A DNA stretch of 64,000 nucleotides, from contig OZ024742.1 in assembly GCA_964016885.1 (NCBI GenBank), positions 344,906,001 through 344,970,000 on the forward strand, in the 5' to 3' direction. Origin of the DNA: Eledone cirrhosa (Eukaryota). The translations under genes were made by a program, and so were the position numbers. Shown here one piece after another: positions 28,067-40,900 of the stretch. How positions within the stretch are numbered: position 1 is the first letter of the stretch; each line of letters starts with the position of its first letter. A model generated the notes under the pieces. That model saw nothing but the letters and a program-made list of their open reading frames with translations. It made no database searches and was not told the origin of the DNA.

Positions 28067-29110
28067 TTAATTGTATGTTGTGATGTTGCTATTCCATTCA
28101 TGCTTTCTATTTAATTTTGGTTGGAGTTCATTTATGTTTATTGCCTCTGTGATTTGTCTAAACATTGTGTCTTTTCTGTGTGTAGATTCTATTTTTATTT
28201 CTATGTTCGTTAATGGACCCTTATGTTCTATGTACTATTTTAGCATGTTGGTAGTGTAAAGATGATTCTTTACTATCTTGAAGCTCTCGCTAGTGTTCAT
28301 TCATCCGTTCTCCTATACTACGAGCTGTCTCACCTCTGTACACTATATTCTTATCTCTACATTGTCCTTCAGTACATCTTATGCTATATACTACATTTCT
28401 AGTTTTACAGTTAATATGGGGGTTTAGTTTACAGATTATACATTTCTTATCTATACAGGGAGGTCTTTGAAAAGGGTATGTACCCGGTAAATGGGTAAAT
28501 ATACAGTCGCTACGTGTGCATAGCCTCTGACGTAGTGAGTAGCAGCATATTTGGGGGTTTCTAGTATGTGTAGTGGGAGGTGCATACAGCACCACAGATC
28601 TTTTTTTTATAGTTCTTTTGACTATGGCATGGCTTTGGTGGTGATGATGATGATGACAACTGTGGTGGGAGAGAGAGAGAGAGCAGTGGTCCATTACTAG
28701 CAGTTGGTGTGGCAGGAGATGGTGACGGTGCTGTTGGTGATGGCGATAATGATGGCTGAGTGAGTGGCTGAGTGATGCTGTCATTCAGTAGTTCGGCGAT
28801 TATGCTTGAATTCAGAAGTGGTTGCTCCTGGCTTTCTGGCTGTTGTTGTTGTTGTGGCTGTTTTTGTTGTTGTTGTGACTGTTGTTGTTGTTGTTGTGTT
28901 TGTCCATTAGAGTAAATATGTCGAAGTTTTGTTGTGTATCTGCTTAACAGATCTCGTCGTAAATGTTTGGGCTGTTTTTTCAGCAATTTCATTCAGACAT
29001 GAGGCCTTAATGTTTGATGTTTGTGACAGAGAAAACAATGTGTTTATTAAGACGTCAATCTCATTTTCAGACCAATTTCGTCCGGTGTGGGCTTGCTGGT
29101 CAGTAGTCAT
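28067..29110 (-). pseudogene. Disrupted ORF: Myb/SANT-like domain + polyQ/Pro-Ser linker + PLE-type GIY-YIG endonuclease, no RT
   Basis: Joined frames read RNWSENEIDVLI...IAEK...RSVKQIHNK/LRHI, polyQ, PST-rich, CxxxxCxxC, NCKTRNVVYSIRC...YRGETARSIGERMNEH*, then RQITEAININELQPKLNRKHEW. Two extra A's in A-runs, one stop, one 7-nt duplication. Confidence 0.75.
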
Positions 29111-29481
29111 ATTTTTTTAATTATTTATATATATATATATATATTTTTTTTTTTTTAAAACCTGGCGGAGACCTTCTCCTCTCCATGTCTGAATACAGCA
29201 GATTTCTTCCAGGGAAAGATAGAGAATGGGTGAGAAACAGGAAGTGATTAAGAGATATAGAGGAGGAATCAACCTCAGTACCTGACTAGTATTATATATA
29301 TATATATATATATATATGCATAATTATGTCTCATATAAAATAATACAACTGGCTATCCGCAAAATACATATAGTTAGCACCCCAAACGTAAAATTGGGAT
29401 TATACTAAGGTATATCCTAATGTTTGTTGAGTGAGATGGAAGCAGTCAGAGTATTGCTTAAAGCTTTCTCTGTTAATGTAT

Positions 29482-29524
<43 letters not shown>

Positions 29525-29532
<8 letters not shown>

Positions 29533-30331
29533 AAAAGAAAGAAATGAAATTTCATTTCTCACTCTTAGTACGGCTGATACTTAAATATAAGTATGTATAC
29601 GTACATACATATATGTATACAGACGTACAGCAGTATGTATATATATACATACATGCACACGTATATAAATGTACGTATGGGTTTACCGAACATTTATTAT
29701 AATGTTCGGTTTGTTTGTAAACACAGCCCGAACTAAACCGTACAGTGTTCGGCAACCATCAAGGCGATTTTGTTCAACACTGACAAAGGAACGATGAACT
29801 AGTTTCAAGCTTATTAGCTATCGTCAGCATCCTGTCAGATGATTGAACGTTTGAAAGTATATACTTTCCTTATGCATATTAACGGCTGAGCAGCCTAATT
29901 TGTATATCGAGTGAGTTAGACGGCCGGGCGTACCGAAAACGATATATGGAAAAGAATGAAATGAAATGAAATTTCTCACTCTTAGTACGGCTGATACTTA
30001 AATGTAAGTATGTATACGTACATACATATATCTATACAGACGTACAGTAGTATGTATATTTATATACATACATGCACACATATATATATATGTACGTATG
30101 GGTTTACCGAACATTTATTATAATGTTTGGTTTGTTTGTAAACAAAAGGGCGACAATGGTTGCCGAACACTGTACGGCTTAATTCGGGCTGTTTGTTTAC
30201 AAACAAACCGAACATTATAATAAAAATATTCGGTAAATCCATACGTACATATATATATGTGTGCATGTACGTATATATATATACATACTACTGTACGTCT
30301 GTATACATATATGTATGTACGTATACATACT

Positions 30332-30337
<6 letters not shown>
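29525..30337. mobile_element. Retrozyme-like unit: 417-bp monomer x ~1.5 plus inverted partial copy (duplicate ~50468-51280)
   Basis: Direct repeat of period 417 (29531/29948 and 29561/29978). ~30155-30337 is the reverse complement of ~29587-29759. The monomer contains an HHR. Flanked by (TA)n. Confidence 0.7.
29793..29831 (-). ncRNA. Minimal type I hammerhead ribozyme with canonical core (duplicate 50736-50774)
   Basis: Minus strand GATG-CTGACGA-T-AGCT-AATA-AGCT-T-GAAA-CTAG-TT-CATC; palindromic stem III. Stem I extends with bulges (CTGACA/TGTCAG, GTTCAA/TTGAAC). Confidence 0.8.
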
Positions 30338-30382
<45 letters not shown>

Positions 30383-30387
<5 letters not shown>

Positions 30388-31970
30388 GAATTCTAACTTT
30401 GTCTGATTTACTCGTTTTATTTACAATCCTTTAAAATTATAATGATATTAAAATGAAATAGTATGGTAGAATATTAAATGTTAAGTGTTAATTGAACAAG
30501 TACTTTCATGCTTTCGCAATCTTTAGGTTCATATTCAGTGGTGACAGTCAAGTTTGCAATTTTCAACTGTAATGAGATGGCTAAAATCTGTGCCTTATAT
30601 ACAGTAAAAATCTGTATTTCGACCAATCGGTGTGTGGTTTCACTAGATTACTAAAGCTGATTGGTTTAGGCGTCACGGTTAGTTGAGCATGTCTAACGAC
30701 TTCTATTTGACCCTATCCAAAGCATCAATTGTTTTGCTATTTTTAGAAATGATGAAAATAGCATTTTCTAGGGTTTTTATTAAAAATCTTCAGTAATCAT
30801 CAACATCAACATCACTTTTATTATTATTATTGTTGTTGTTGTTAGTGGTGGTAGTCGACATAGTCGTAGTAGAAGTAATACCCCTAAGCATTATTATTGT
30901 TCATTTAGCTTGGGTTGGAATTTATCAATATAATTCTTTTCTTTAATTTTTCTCTTGATTTCACTTGGGCTGTGTAGTTTGTAGAATGGAAATATTATAA
31001 ATATTTTCAGACCACATGTTGCTAGATGGTTACTCAGGGGTATCTGACGGACATTTGGGTCTCTGATTTGCTGTCGGTGCACCTGTGCACGTTCCGATAC
31101 TGCATTTCCAGTTGACCGACATATATTTCTTCACAATTCGGGCATTTAATGTAGTAAATTCGATTTCTCCTTTTGCAGTTCATATTTGCATTTGGGAATA
31201 CTTTTCCAGTTTTTGTGTTCATATATTGACCAGTGTGTGTGGATTGACATGTGCCGCATTTAGATACAGTGAATGATTGGTCTTTGTTTTAAGGTCAAAC
31301 TTTGCCTTTGTTAGTAATTGCTTCAAATTTTTCGGCTGTCTTTTACTAAGAGTCAAAGATCGGTCTGTGATTGAACCTTTTAATTCATTACTTTGAGCAA
31401 TGATCGGTAGGTTTGCTTTGGCAGTGTTGAAGATATTCTGGTGACATGGGTTGTGTGTCATTATAAATGGTATGACCAGTTCTTGGTTTCTTCTTCCTTG
31501 GGTTGTCCTAAGTTGTTGTATAGGTATTTTTATAGCCCGCTGTATGCCATTTTTTATAAGTAGAGATGGGTATTTTTGTTTGAGCAAAAATTCTCTGTTC
31601 TGTTAGGCGTTTGTTCCTGGTATTCGTAATTCTACAATGGTACAAATTCTTCTGGCTAGGCAGTATGGGATGTTGCGTTTTGTATGAGGTGGATGGCACG
31701 ACTTAAAATTCAGATATTGATGGGTGTCTGTGTGTTTATAGTATATATCCGTGGTAATGGTGGTGTCGTTTTTGATTATCATTATATCTAGGAATGGTAA
31801 TTTGGTACTACCCATCTCTTTTGTAAATTGGAGAGATAGTTGTAGGTTATTAAGGAGGATATTGAACTAATCCAGAGTATCTAGAGATTCTGTCCAGATG
31901 ATGAAACAGTCGTCAAGGTATCTCTTCCAAGACCTTTCAATGTACTTTCTAAATTCAGTGCTAAATTTTT
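30383..31970 (-). mobile_element. Penelope-like element 3' half, cut by the duplication breakpoint
   Basis: RYLDDCFIIW, LPFLDIMI, YYKHTDTHQYLNFKSCHP, GIY-YIG (IYYIKCPNCEEIYVGQ ... FQPKLN). Abuts satellite at 31970/31971. Confidence 0.92.
30493..30531 (-). ncRNA. Degenerate hammerhead in the PLE 3' region/pLTR (core CTAAAGA; duplicate 51436-51474)
   Basis: Minus strand TGAAC-CTAAAGA-T-TGC-GAAA-GCA-T-GAAA-GTAC-TT-GTTCA. G5 replaced by A, so probably inactive. Same strand as, and downstream of, the PLE ORF. Confidence 0.65.
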
Positions 31971-34900
31971 TCAGGAAGCTAGGGAACCCTGGTTTACTTG
32001 TTAATACTGTTAGTAGACTTTCAGGAAGGTAGGGAACCATGGTATTCTTGTTAATACTGTTAGTAGACTTCCAGGAAGGTAGGGAACCCTGGTATACTGG
32101 TTAATACTGTTAGTAGACTTTCAGGAAGTTAGGGAACCCTGGTATACTTGTTAATACTGTTAGTAGACTTCAAGGAAACTAGGGAACCCTGGTATACTTG
32201 TTAATACTGTTAGTAGATTTCCAGGAAGTTAGGGAACCATGGTATACTTGTTAATACTGTTAGTAGACTTTCAGGAAGTTGGGGAACCCTGGTATAATTG
32301 TTAATACTGTTAGTAGACTTCCGGGAAGCTAGGAAACCCTGGTAAACTTGTTAATACTGTTAATAGACTTCCAGAAAGGTAGGGAACCATGGTATACTTA
32401 TTAATACTGTTAGTAGACTTTCAGGAAGCTAGGGAACCCTGGTATACTTGTTAATACTGCTAGTAGACTTCCAGGAAGCTGGGGAACCATAGTATACTTG
32501 TTAATACTGTTAGTAGACTTCCAGGAAGTTGGGGAACCCTGGTATAATTGTTAATACTGTTAGTAGACTTCCAGGAAAGTAGGGAACCCTGGTATACTTG
32601 TTAATACTGTTAGCAGACTTCCAGGAAGTTGGGGAACCATAGTATACTTGTTAATACTGTTAGTAGACTTCCAGGAAGTTGGGGAACCCTGGTATAATTG
32701 TTAATACTGTTAGTAGACTTCCGGGAAGCTAGGAAACCCTGGTAAACTTGTTAATACTGTTAGTAGATTTCCAGGATGTTAGGGAACCCTGGTAAACTTG
32801 TTACTATTGTTCGTAGACTTCCAGGAAGTTAGGGAACCCTGGTATACTTGTTAATACTGTTAGTAGAATTCCAGGAATCTTGGGAACCCTGGTATACTTG
32901 TTAATACTGTTAGTAGATTTCCAGGAAGCTAGGGAACCCTGGTATACTTGTTAATACTGTTAGTAGACTTCCAGGAAGCTAGGGAACCCTGGTATACTTG
33001 TTAATACTGTTAGTAGATCTCCAGGAAGTTGGGGAGCCCTGGTATACTTGTTAATACTGTTACTAGACTTTCAGGAAGGTAAGTAACACTGGTATACTTT
33101 TTAATACTGTTAGTAGACTTTCAGGAAGTTAGGGAGCCCTGGTATAATTGTTAATACTGTTAGTAGACTTTCAGGAAGGTAGGGAACCATGGTATAATTG
33201 TTAATACTGTTAGTAGACTTTCAGGAAGCTAGGGAACCCTGGTATACTTGTAATAGTGTTAGTAGACTTCCAGGAAGCTGGGGAACCCTGGTATACTTGT
33301 TAATACTGTTAGTAGACTTCCAGGAAGGTAGGGAACCCTGGTATACTTGTTAATACTGTTAGTAGACTTCCTGGAAGTTAGGGAACCCTGGTATACTTGT
33401 TAATATTGTTAGTAGACTTCCAGGAAGCTAGGGAACCCTGGTATACTTGTTAATACTGGTAGAAGACTTCCACGAAGTTAGGGAACCCTGGTATACTTGT
33501 TAATACTGTTAGTAGAATTCCAGGAAGTTAGGGAACCATGGTATACTTGTTAATATTGTTAGTAGACTTTCAGGAAGCTAGGGAACCCTGGTATACTTGT
33601 TAATACTGTTAGTAGACTTCCAGGAATTTAGGGAACCCTGGTATACTTGTTAATACTGTTAGTAGATTTCCAGGAAGGTAGGGAACAAAGTATACTTGTT
33701 AATACTGTTAGTAGACTTCCAGGAAGTTAGGGAACCCTGGTATACTTCTTAATACTGTTAGTAGATTTCCAGGAAGTTAGGGAACCCTGGTAAACTTGTT
33801 AATACTGTTAGTAGATTTCCAGGATGTTAGGGAACCCTGGTATACTTGTTAATACTGTTAGTAGACTTCCAGGAAGTTAGTGAACCCTGGTATACTTATT
33901 AATACTGTTAGTAGAATTCCAGGAATCTTGGGAACCCTGGTATACTTGTTAATATTGTTAGTAGATTTCCAGGAAGCTAGGGAACCCTTGTAAACTTTTC
34001 AATACTGTTAGTAGACTTCCAGGAAGTTAGGGAAACCTGGTATACTTGTTAATACTGTTAGTAGATCTCCAGGAAGTTGGGGAGCCCTGGTATACTTGTT
34101 AATACTGTTACTAGACTTTCAGGAAGGTAGGGAACCCTGGTATACTTGTTAATACTGTTAGTAGACTTTCAGGAAGTTAGGGGGCCCTGGTATACTTGTT
34201 AATACTGTTAGTAGACTTCCAGGAAGGTAGGGAACCATGGTATACTTATTAATACTGTTAGTAGACTTCCAGGAAAGTAGGGAACCCTGGTATACTTGTT
34301 AATACTGTTAGCAGACTTCCAGGAAGTTGGGGAACCATAGTATACTTGTTAATACTGTTAGTAGACTTCCAGGAAGTTGGGGAACCCTGGTATAATTGTT
34401 AATACTGTTAGTAGACTTCCGGGAATTTAGGAAACCCTGGTATACTTGTTAATACTGTTAGTAGACTTCCAGGAATCTTGGGAACCCTGGTATACTTGTT
34501 AATATTGTTAGTAGATTTCCAGGAAGCTAGGGAACCCTTGTAAACTTTTCAATACTGTTAGTAGACTTCCAGGAAGTTAGGGAAACCTGGTATACTTGTT
34601 AATACTGTTAGTAGATCTGCAGGAAGTTGGGGAGCCCTGGTATACTTGTTAATACTCTTACTAGACTTTCAGGAAGGTAGGGAACCCTGGTATACTTGTT
34701 AATACTGTTAGTAGACTTTCAGGAAGTTAGGGAGCCCTGGTATACTTGTTAATACTGTTAGTAGACTTCCAGGAAGGTAGGGAACCATGGTATACTTATT
34801 AATACTGTTAGTAGACTTTCAGGAACCTAGGGAACCCTGGTATACTTGTTAATACTGCTAGTAGACTTCCAGGAAGCTGGGGAACCCTGGTATACTTGTC

Positions 34901-37900
34901 AATACTGTTAGTAGACTTCCAGGAAAGTAGAGAACCCTGGTATACTTGTTAATACTGTTAGCAGACTTCCAGGAAGTTGGGGAACCATAGTATACTTGTT
35001 AATACTGTTAGTAGACTTCAAGGAAGTTGGGGAACCCTGGTATAATTGTTAATACTGTTAGTAGACTTCCGGGAATTTAGGAAACCCTGGTAAACTTGTT
35101 AATACTGTTAGTAGATTTCCAGGATGTTAGGGAACCCTGGTATACTTGTTAATATTGTTAGTAGACTTTCAGGAAGCTAGGGAACCCTGGTATACTTGTT
35201 AATACTGTTAGTAGACTTCCAGAAAGTTAGGGAACCCTGGTATACTTGTTAATACTGTTAGTAGATTTCCAGGAAGGTAGGGAACAAAGTATACTTGTTA
35301 ATACTGTTAGTAGACTTCCAGGAAGTTAGGGAACCCTGGTATACTTCTTAATACTGTTAGTAGATTTCCAGGAAGTTAGGGAACCCTGGTATACATGTTA
35401 ATACTGTTAGTAGAGTTCCAAGAAGTTAGGGAACCCTGGTATACTTGTTAATTCTGTTAGTAGACTTTCAGGAAGGTAGGGAACAATGGTATACTTGTTA
35501 ATACTGTTAGTAGACTTCCATGAAGCTAGGAAACCCTGGTAAACTTGTTAATACTGTTAGTAGATTTCCAGGATGTTAGGGAACCCTGGTATACTTGTTA
35601 ATACTGTTAGTAGACTTCCAGGAAGTTAGTGAACCCTGGTATACTTATTAATACTGTTAGTAGAATTCCAGGAATCTTGGGAACCCTGGTATACTTGTTA
35701 ATATTGTTAGTTGATTTCCAGGAAGCTAGGGAACCCTTGTATACTTTTCAATACTGTTAGTAGAATTCCAGGAATCTTGGGAACCCTGGTATACTTGTTA
35801 ATACTGTTAGTAGAATTCCAGGAAGTTGGGGAGCCCTGGTACACTTGTTAATACTGTTACTAGACTTTCAGGAAGGTAGGGAACCATGGTATACTTGTTA
35901 ATACTGTTAGTAGACTTCCTGGAAGTTAGGGAACCCTGGTATACTTGTTAATATTGTTAGTAGACTTCCAGGAAGCTAGGGAACCCTGGTATACTTGTTA
36001 ATACTGGTAGAAGACTTCCACGAAGTTAGGGAACCCTGGTATACTTGTTAATACTGTTAGTAGAATTCCAGGAAGTTAGGGAACCATGGTATACTTGTTA
36101 ATATTGTTAGTAGACTTTCAGGAAGCTAGGGAACCCTGGTATACTTGTTAATACTGTTAGTAGACTTCCAGGAAGTTAGGGAACCCTGGTATACTTGTTA
36201 ATACTGTTAGTAGATTTCCAGGAAGGTAGGGAACAAAGTATACTTGTTAATACTGTTAGTAGACTTCCAGGAAGTTAGGGAACCCTGGTATACTTCTTAA
36301 TACTGTTAGTAGATTTCCAGTAAGTTAGGGAACCCTGGTATACATGTTAATACTGTTAGTAGAGTTCCAAGAAGTTAGGGAACCCTGGTATACTTGTTAA
36401 TTCTGTTAGTAGACTTTCAGGAAGGTAGGGAACCATGGTATACTTGTTAATACTGTTAGTAGAGTTCCATGAAGCTAGGAAACCCTGGTAAACTTGTTAA
36501 TACTGTTAGTAGATTTCCAGGAAGTTAGTGAACCCTGGTATACTTATTAATACTGTTAGTAGAATTCCAAGAATCTTGGGAACCCTGGTATACTTGTTAA
36601 TATTGTTAGTAGATTTCCAGGAAGCTAGGGAACCCTTGTAAACTTTTCAATAGTGTTAGTAGACTTCCAGGAAGTTAGGGAAACCTGGTATACTTGTTAA
36701 TACTGTTAGTAGATCTCCAGGAAGTTGGGGAGCCCTGGTATACTTGTTAATACTGTTACTAGACTTTCAGGAAGGTAGGGAACCCTGGTATACTTGTTAA
36801 TACTGTTAGTAGACTTTCAGGAAGTTAGGGACCCCTGGTATACTTGTTAATACTGTTAGTAGACTTCCAGGAAGGTAGGGAACCATGGTATACTTATTAA
36901 TACTGTTAGTAGACTTTCAGGAACCTAGGGAACCCTGGTATACTTGTTAATACTGCTAGTAGACTTCCAGGAAGCTGGGGAACCCTGGTATACTTGTCAA
37001 TACTGTTAGTAGACTTCCAGGAAAGTAGAGAACCCTGGTATACTTGTTAATACTGTTAGCAGACTTCCAGGAAGTTGGGCAACCATAGTATACTTGTTAA
37101 TACTGTTAGTAGACTTCCAGGAAGTTGGGGAACCCTGGTATAATTGTTAATACTGTTAGTAGACTTCCGGGAATTTAGGAAACCCTGGTAAACTTGTTAA
37201 TACTGTTAGTAGATTTCCAGGATGTTAGGGAACCCTGGTATACTTGTTAATACTGTTAGTAGATTTCCAGGAAGCCAGGGAACCCTGGTATACTTGTTAA
37301 TACTGTTAGTAGACTTCCAGGGAGCTAGGGAACCCTGGTATACTTGTTAATACTGTTATTAGACTTTCAGGAAGTTAGGGAGCCCTGGTATAATTGTTAA
37401 TACTGTTAGTAGACTTTCAGGAAGCTAGGGAACCCTGGTATACTTGTTAATAGTGTTAGTAGACTTCCAGGAAGCTGGGGAACCCTGGTATACTTGTTAA
37501 TACTGTTAGTAGACTTCCAGGAAGTTAGGGAGCCCTGGTATACTTGTTAATATTGTTAGTAGACTTCCAGGAAGTTAGGGAACCCTGGTATACTTGTTAA
37601 TACTATTAGTAGACTTCCAGGAAGTTGGGGAACCATGGTATACTTGTTAATACTGTTAGTAGACTTCCAGGAAGTTGGGGAACCCTGGTATACTTGTTAA
37701 TACTGTTAGTAGAATTCGAGGAAGTTAGGGAACCATGGTATACTTGTTAATATTGTTAGTAGACTTTCAGGAAGCTAGGGAACCCTGGTATACTTGTTAA
37801 TACTGTTAGTAGACTTCCAGAAAGTTAGGGAACCCTGGTATACTTGTTAATACTGTTAGTAGATTTCCAGGAAGGTAGGGAACAAAGTATACTTGTTAAT

Positions 37901-40900
37901 ACTGTTAGTAGACTTCCAGGAAGTTAGGGAACACTGGTATACTTCTTAATACTGTTAGTAGATTTCCAGGAAGTTAGGGAACCCTGGTATACATGTTAAT
38001 ACTGTTAGTAGAGTTCCAAGAAGTTAGGGAACCCTGGTATACTTGTTAATTCTGTTAGTAGACTTTCAGGAAGGTAGGGAACCATGGTATACTTGTTAAT
38101 ACTGTTAGTAGACTTCCATGAAGCTAGGAAACCCTGGTAAACTTGTTAATACTGTTAGTAGATTTCCAGGAAGTTGGGGAGTCCTGGTATACTTGTTAAT
38201 ACTGTTACTAGACTTTCAGGAAGGTAGGGAACCCTGGTATACTTGTTAATACTGTTAGTAGACTTCCAGGAAGTTAGTGAACCCTGGTATACTTATTAAT
38301 ACTGTTAGTAGAATTCCAGGAATCTTGGGAACCCTGGTATACTTGTTAATATTGTTAGTTGATTTCCAGGAAGCTAGGGAACCCTTGTATACTTTTCAAT
38401 ACTGTTAGTAGACTTCCAGGAAGTTAGGGAAACCTGGTATACTTGTTAATACTGTTAGTAGATCTCCAGGAAGTTGGGGAGCCCTGGTATACTTGTTAAT
38501 ACTGTTACTAGACTTTCAGGAAGGTAGGGAACCCTGGTATACTTGTTAATACTGTTAGTAGACTTTCAGGAAGTTAGGGAGCCCTGGTATACTTGTTAAT
38601 ACTGTTAGTAGACTTCCAGGAAGGTAGGGAAACATGGTATACTTATTAATACTGTTAGTAGACTTTCAGGAAGCTAGGGAACCCTGGTATACTTGTTAAT
38701 ACTGCTAGTAGACTTCCAGGAAGCTGGGGAACCCTGGTATACTTGTTAATACTGTTAGTAGACTTCCAGGAAGTTAGGGAAACCTGGTATACTTGTTAAT
38801 ACTGTTAGTAGAATTCCAGGAAGTTAGGGAACCATGGTATACTTGTTAATATTGTTAGTAGACTTTCAGGAAGCTAGGGAACCCTGGTATACTTGTTAAT
38901 ACTGTTAGTAGATCTCCAGGAAGTTGGGGAGCCCTGGTATACTTGTTAATACTGTTACTAGACTTTCAGGAAGGTAGGGAACCCTGGTATACTTGTTAAT
39001 ACTGTTAGTAGACTTTCAGGAAGTTAGGGAGCCCTGGTATACTTGTTAATACTGTTAGTAGACTTCCAGGAAGGTAGGGAACCATGGTATACTTATTAAT
39101 ACTGTTAGTAGACTTTCAGGAAGCTAGGGAACCCTGGTATACTTGTTAATACTGCTAGTAGACTTCCAGGAAGCTGGGGAACCCTGGTATACTTGTTAAT
39201 ACTGTTAGTAGACTTCCAGGAAAGTAGGGAACCCTGGTATACTTGTTAATACTGTTAGCAGACTTCCAGGAAGTTGGGGAACCATTGTATACTTGTTAAT
39301 ACTGTTAGTAGACTTCCAGGAAGTTGGGGAACCCTGGTATAATTGTTAATACTGTTAGTAGACTTCCGGGAAGCTAGGAAACCCTGGTAAACTTGTTAAT
39401 ACTGTTAGTAGATTTCCAGGATGTTAGGGAACTCTGGTAAACTTATTAATACTGTTCGTAGACTTCCAGGAAGTTAGGGAACCCTGGTATACTTGTTAAT
39501 ACTGTTAGTAGAATTCCAGGAATCTTGGGAACCCTGGTATACTTGTTAATACTGTTAGTAGATTTCCAGGAAGCTAGGGAACCCTGGTATACTTGTTAAT
39601 ACTGTTAGTAGACTTCCAGGGAGCTAGGGAACCCTGGTATACTTGTTAATACTGTTAGTAGATCTCCAGGAAGTTGGGGAGCCCTGGTATACTTGTTAAT
39701 ACTGTTACTAGACTTTCAGGAAGTTAGGGAGCCCTGGTATAATTGTTAATACTGTTAGTAGACTTTCAGGAAGCTAGGGAACACTGGTATACTTGTTAAT
39801 AGTGTTAGTAGACTTCCAGGAAGCTGGGGAACCCTGGTATACTTGTTAATACTGTTAGTAGACTTCTAGGAAGGTAGGGAACCCTGGTATACTTGTTAAT
39901 ACTGTTAGTAGACTTCCAGGAAGCTAGGGAACCCTGGTATACTTGTTAATACTGTTAGTAGACTTTCAGGAATTTAGGGAACCCTGGTATACTTGTTAAT
40001 ACTGTTAGTAGACTTCCAGGAAGATGGGGATCCCTGGTATACTTGTTAATATTGTTAGTAGACTTCCAGGAAGTTAGGGAACCATGGTATACTTGTTAAT
40101 ACTATTAGTAGACTTCCAGGAAGTTGGGGAACCATGGTATACTTGTCAATACTGTTAGTAGACTTCCAGGAAGTTGGGGAACCCTGGTATACTTGTTAAT
40201 ACTGTTAGTAGACTTCCGGGAAGTTAGAGAGCCCTGGTATACTTGTTACTATTGTTAGTAGACTTTCAGGAAGCTAGGGAACCCTGGTATACTTGTTACT
40301 ATTGTTAGAAGACTTTCAGGAAGCTAGGGAACCCTGGTATACTTGTTAATGCTGTTAGTAGACTTTCAGGAAGTTAGGGAGCCCTGGTATACTTGTTAAT
40401 ACTGTTAGTAGACTTCCAGGAAGGTAGGGAACCATGGTATACTTATTAATACTGTTAGTAGACTTTCAGGGAACTAGGGAACCCTGGTATACTTGTTAAT
40501 ACTGCTAGTAGACTTCCAGGAAGCTGGGGAACCCTGGTATACTTATTAATACTGTTAGTAGACTTCCAGGAAAGTAGGGAACCCTGGTATACTTGTTAAT
40601 ACTGTTAGCAGACTTCCAGGAATTTGGGGAACCATAGTATACTTGTTAATACTGTTAGTAGACTTCCAGGCAGTTGGGGAACCCTGGTATAATTGTTAAT
40701 ACTGTTAGTAGACTTCCGGGAAGCTAGGAAACCCTGGTAAACTTGTTAATACTGTTAGTAGATTTCCAGGATGTTAGGGAACCCTGGTATACTTGTTAAT
40801 AGTGTTAGTAGACTTCCAGGAAGCTGGGGAACCCTGGTATACTTGTTAATACTGTTAGTAGACTTCCAGGAAGGTAGGGAACCCTGGTATACTTGTTAAT

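Noticed and set aside
28598-28612. Programmed -1 frameshift at A AAA AAG in the Myb/GIY-YIG ORF
   Set aside because: The GIY-YIG frame is +1 relative to the upstream frame, so a homopolymer insertion explains it better.
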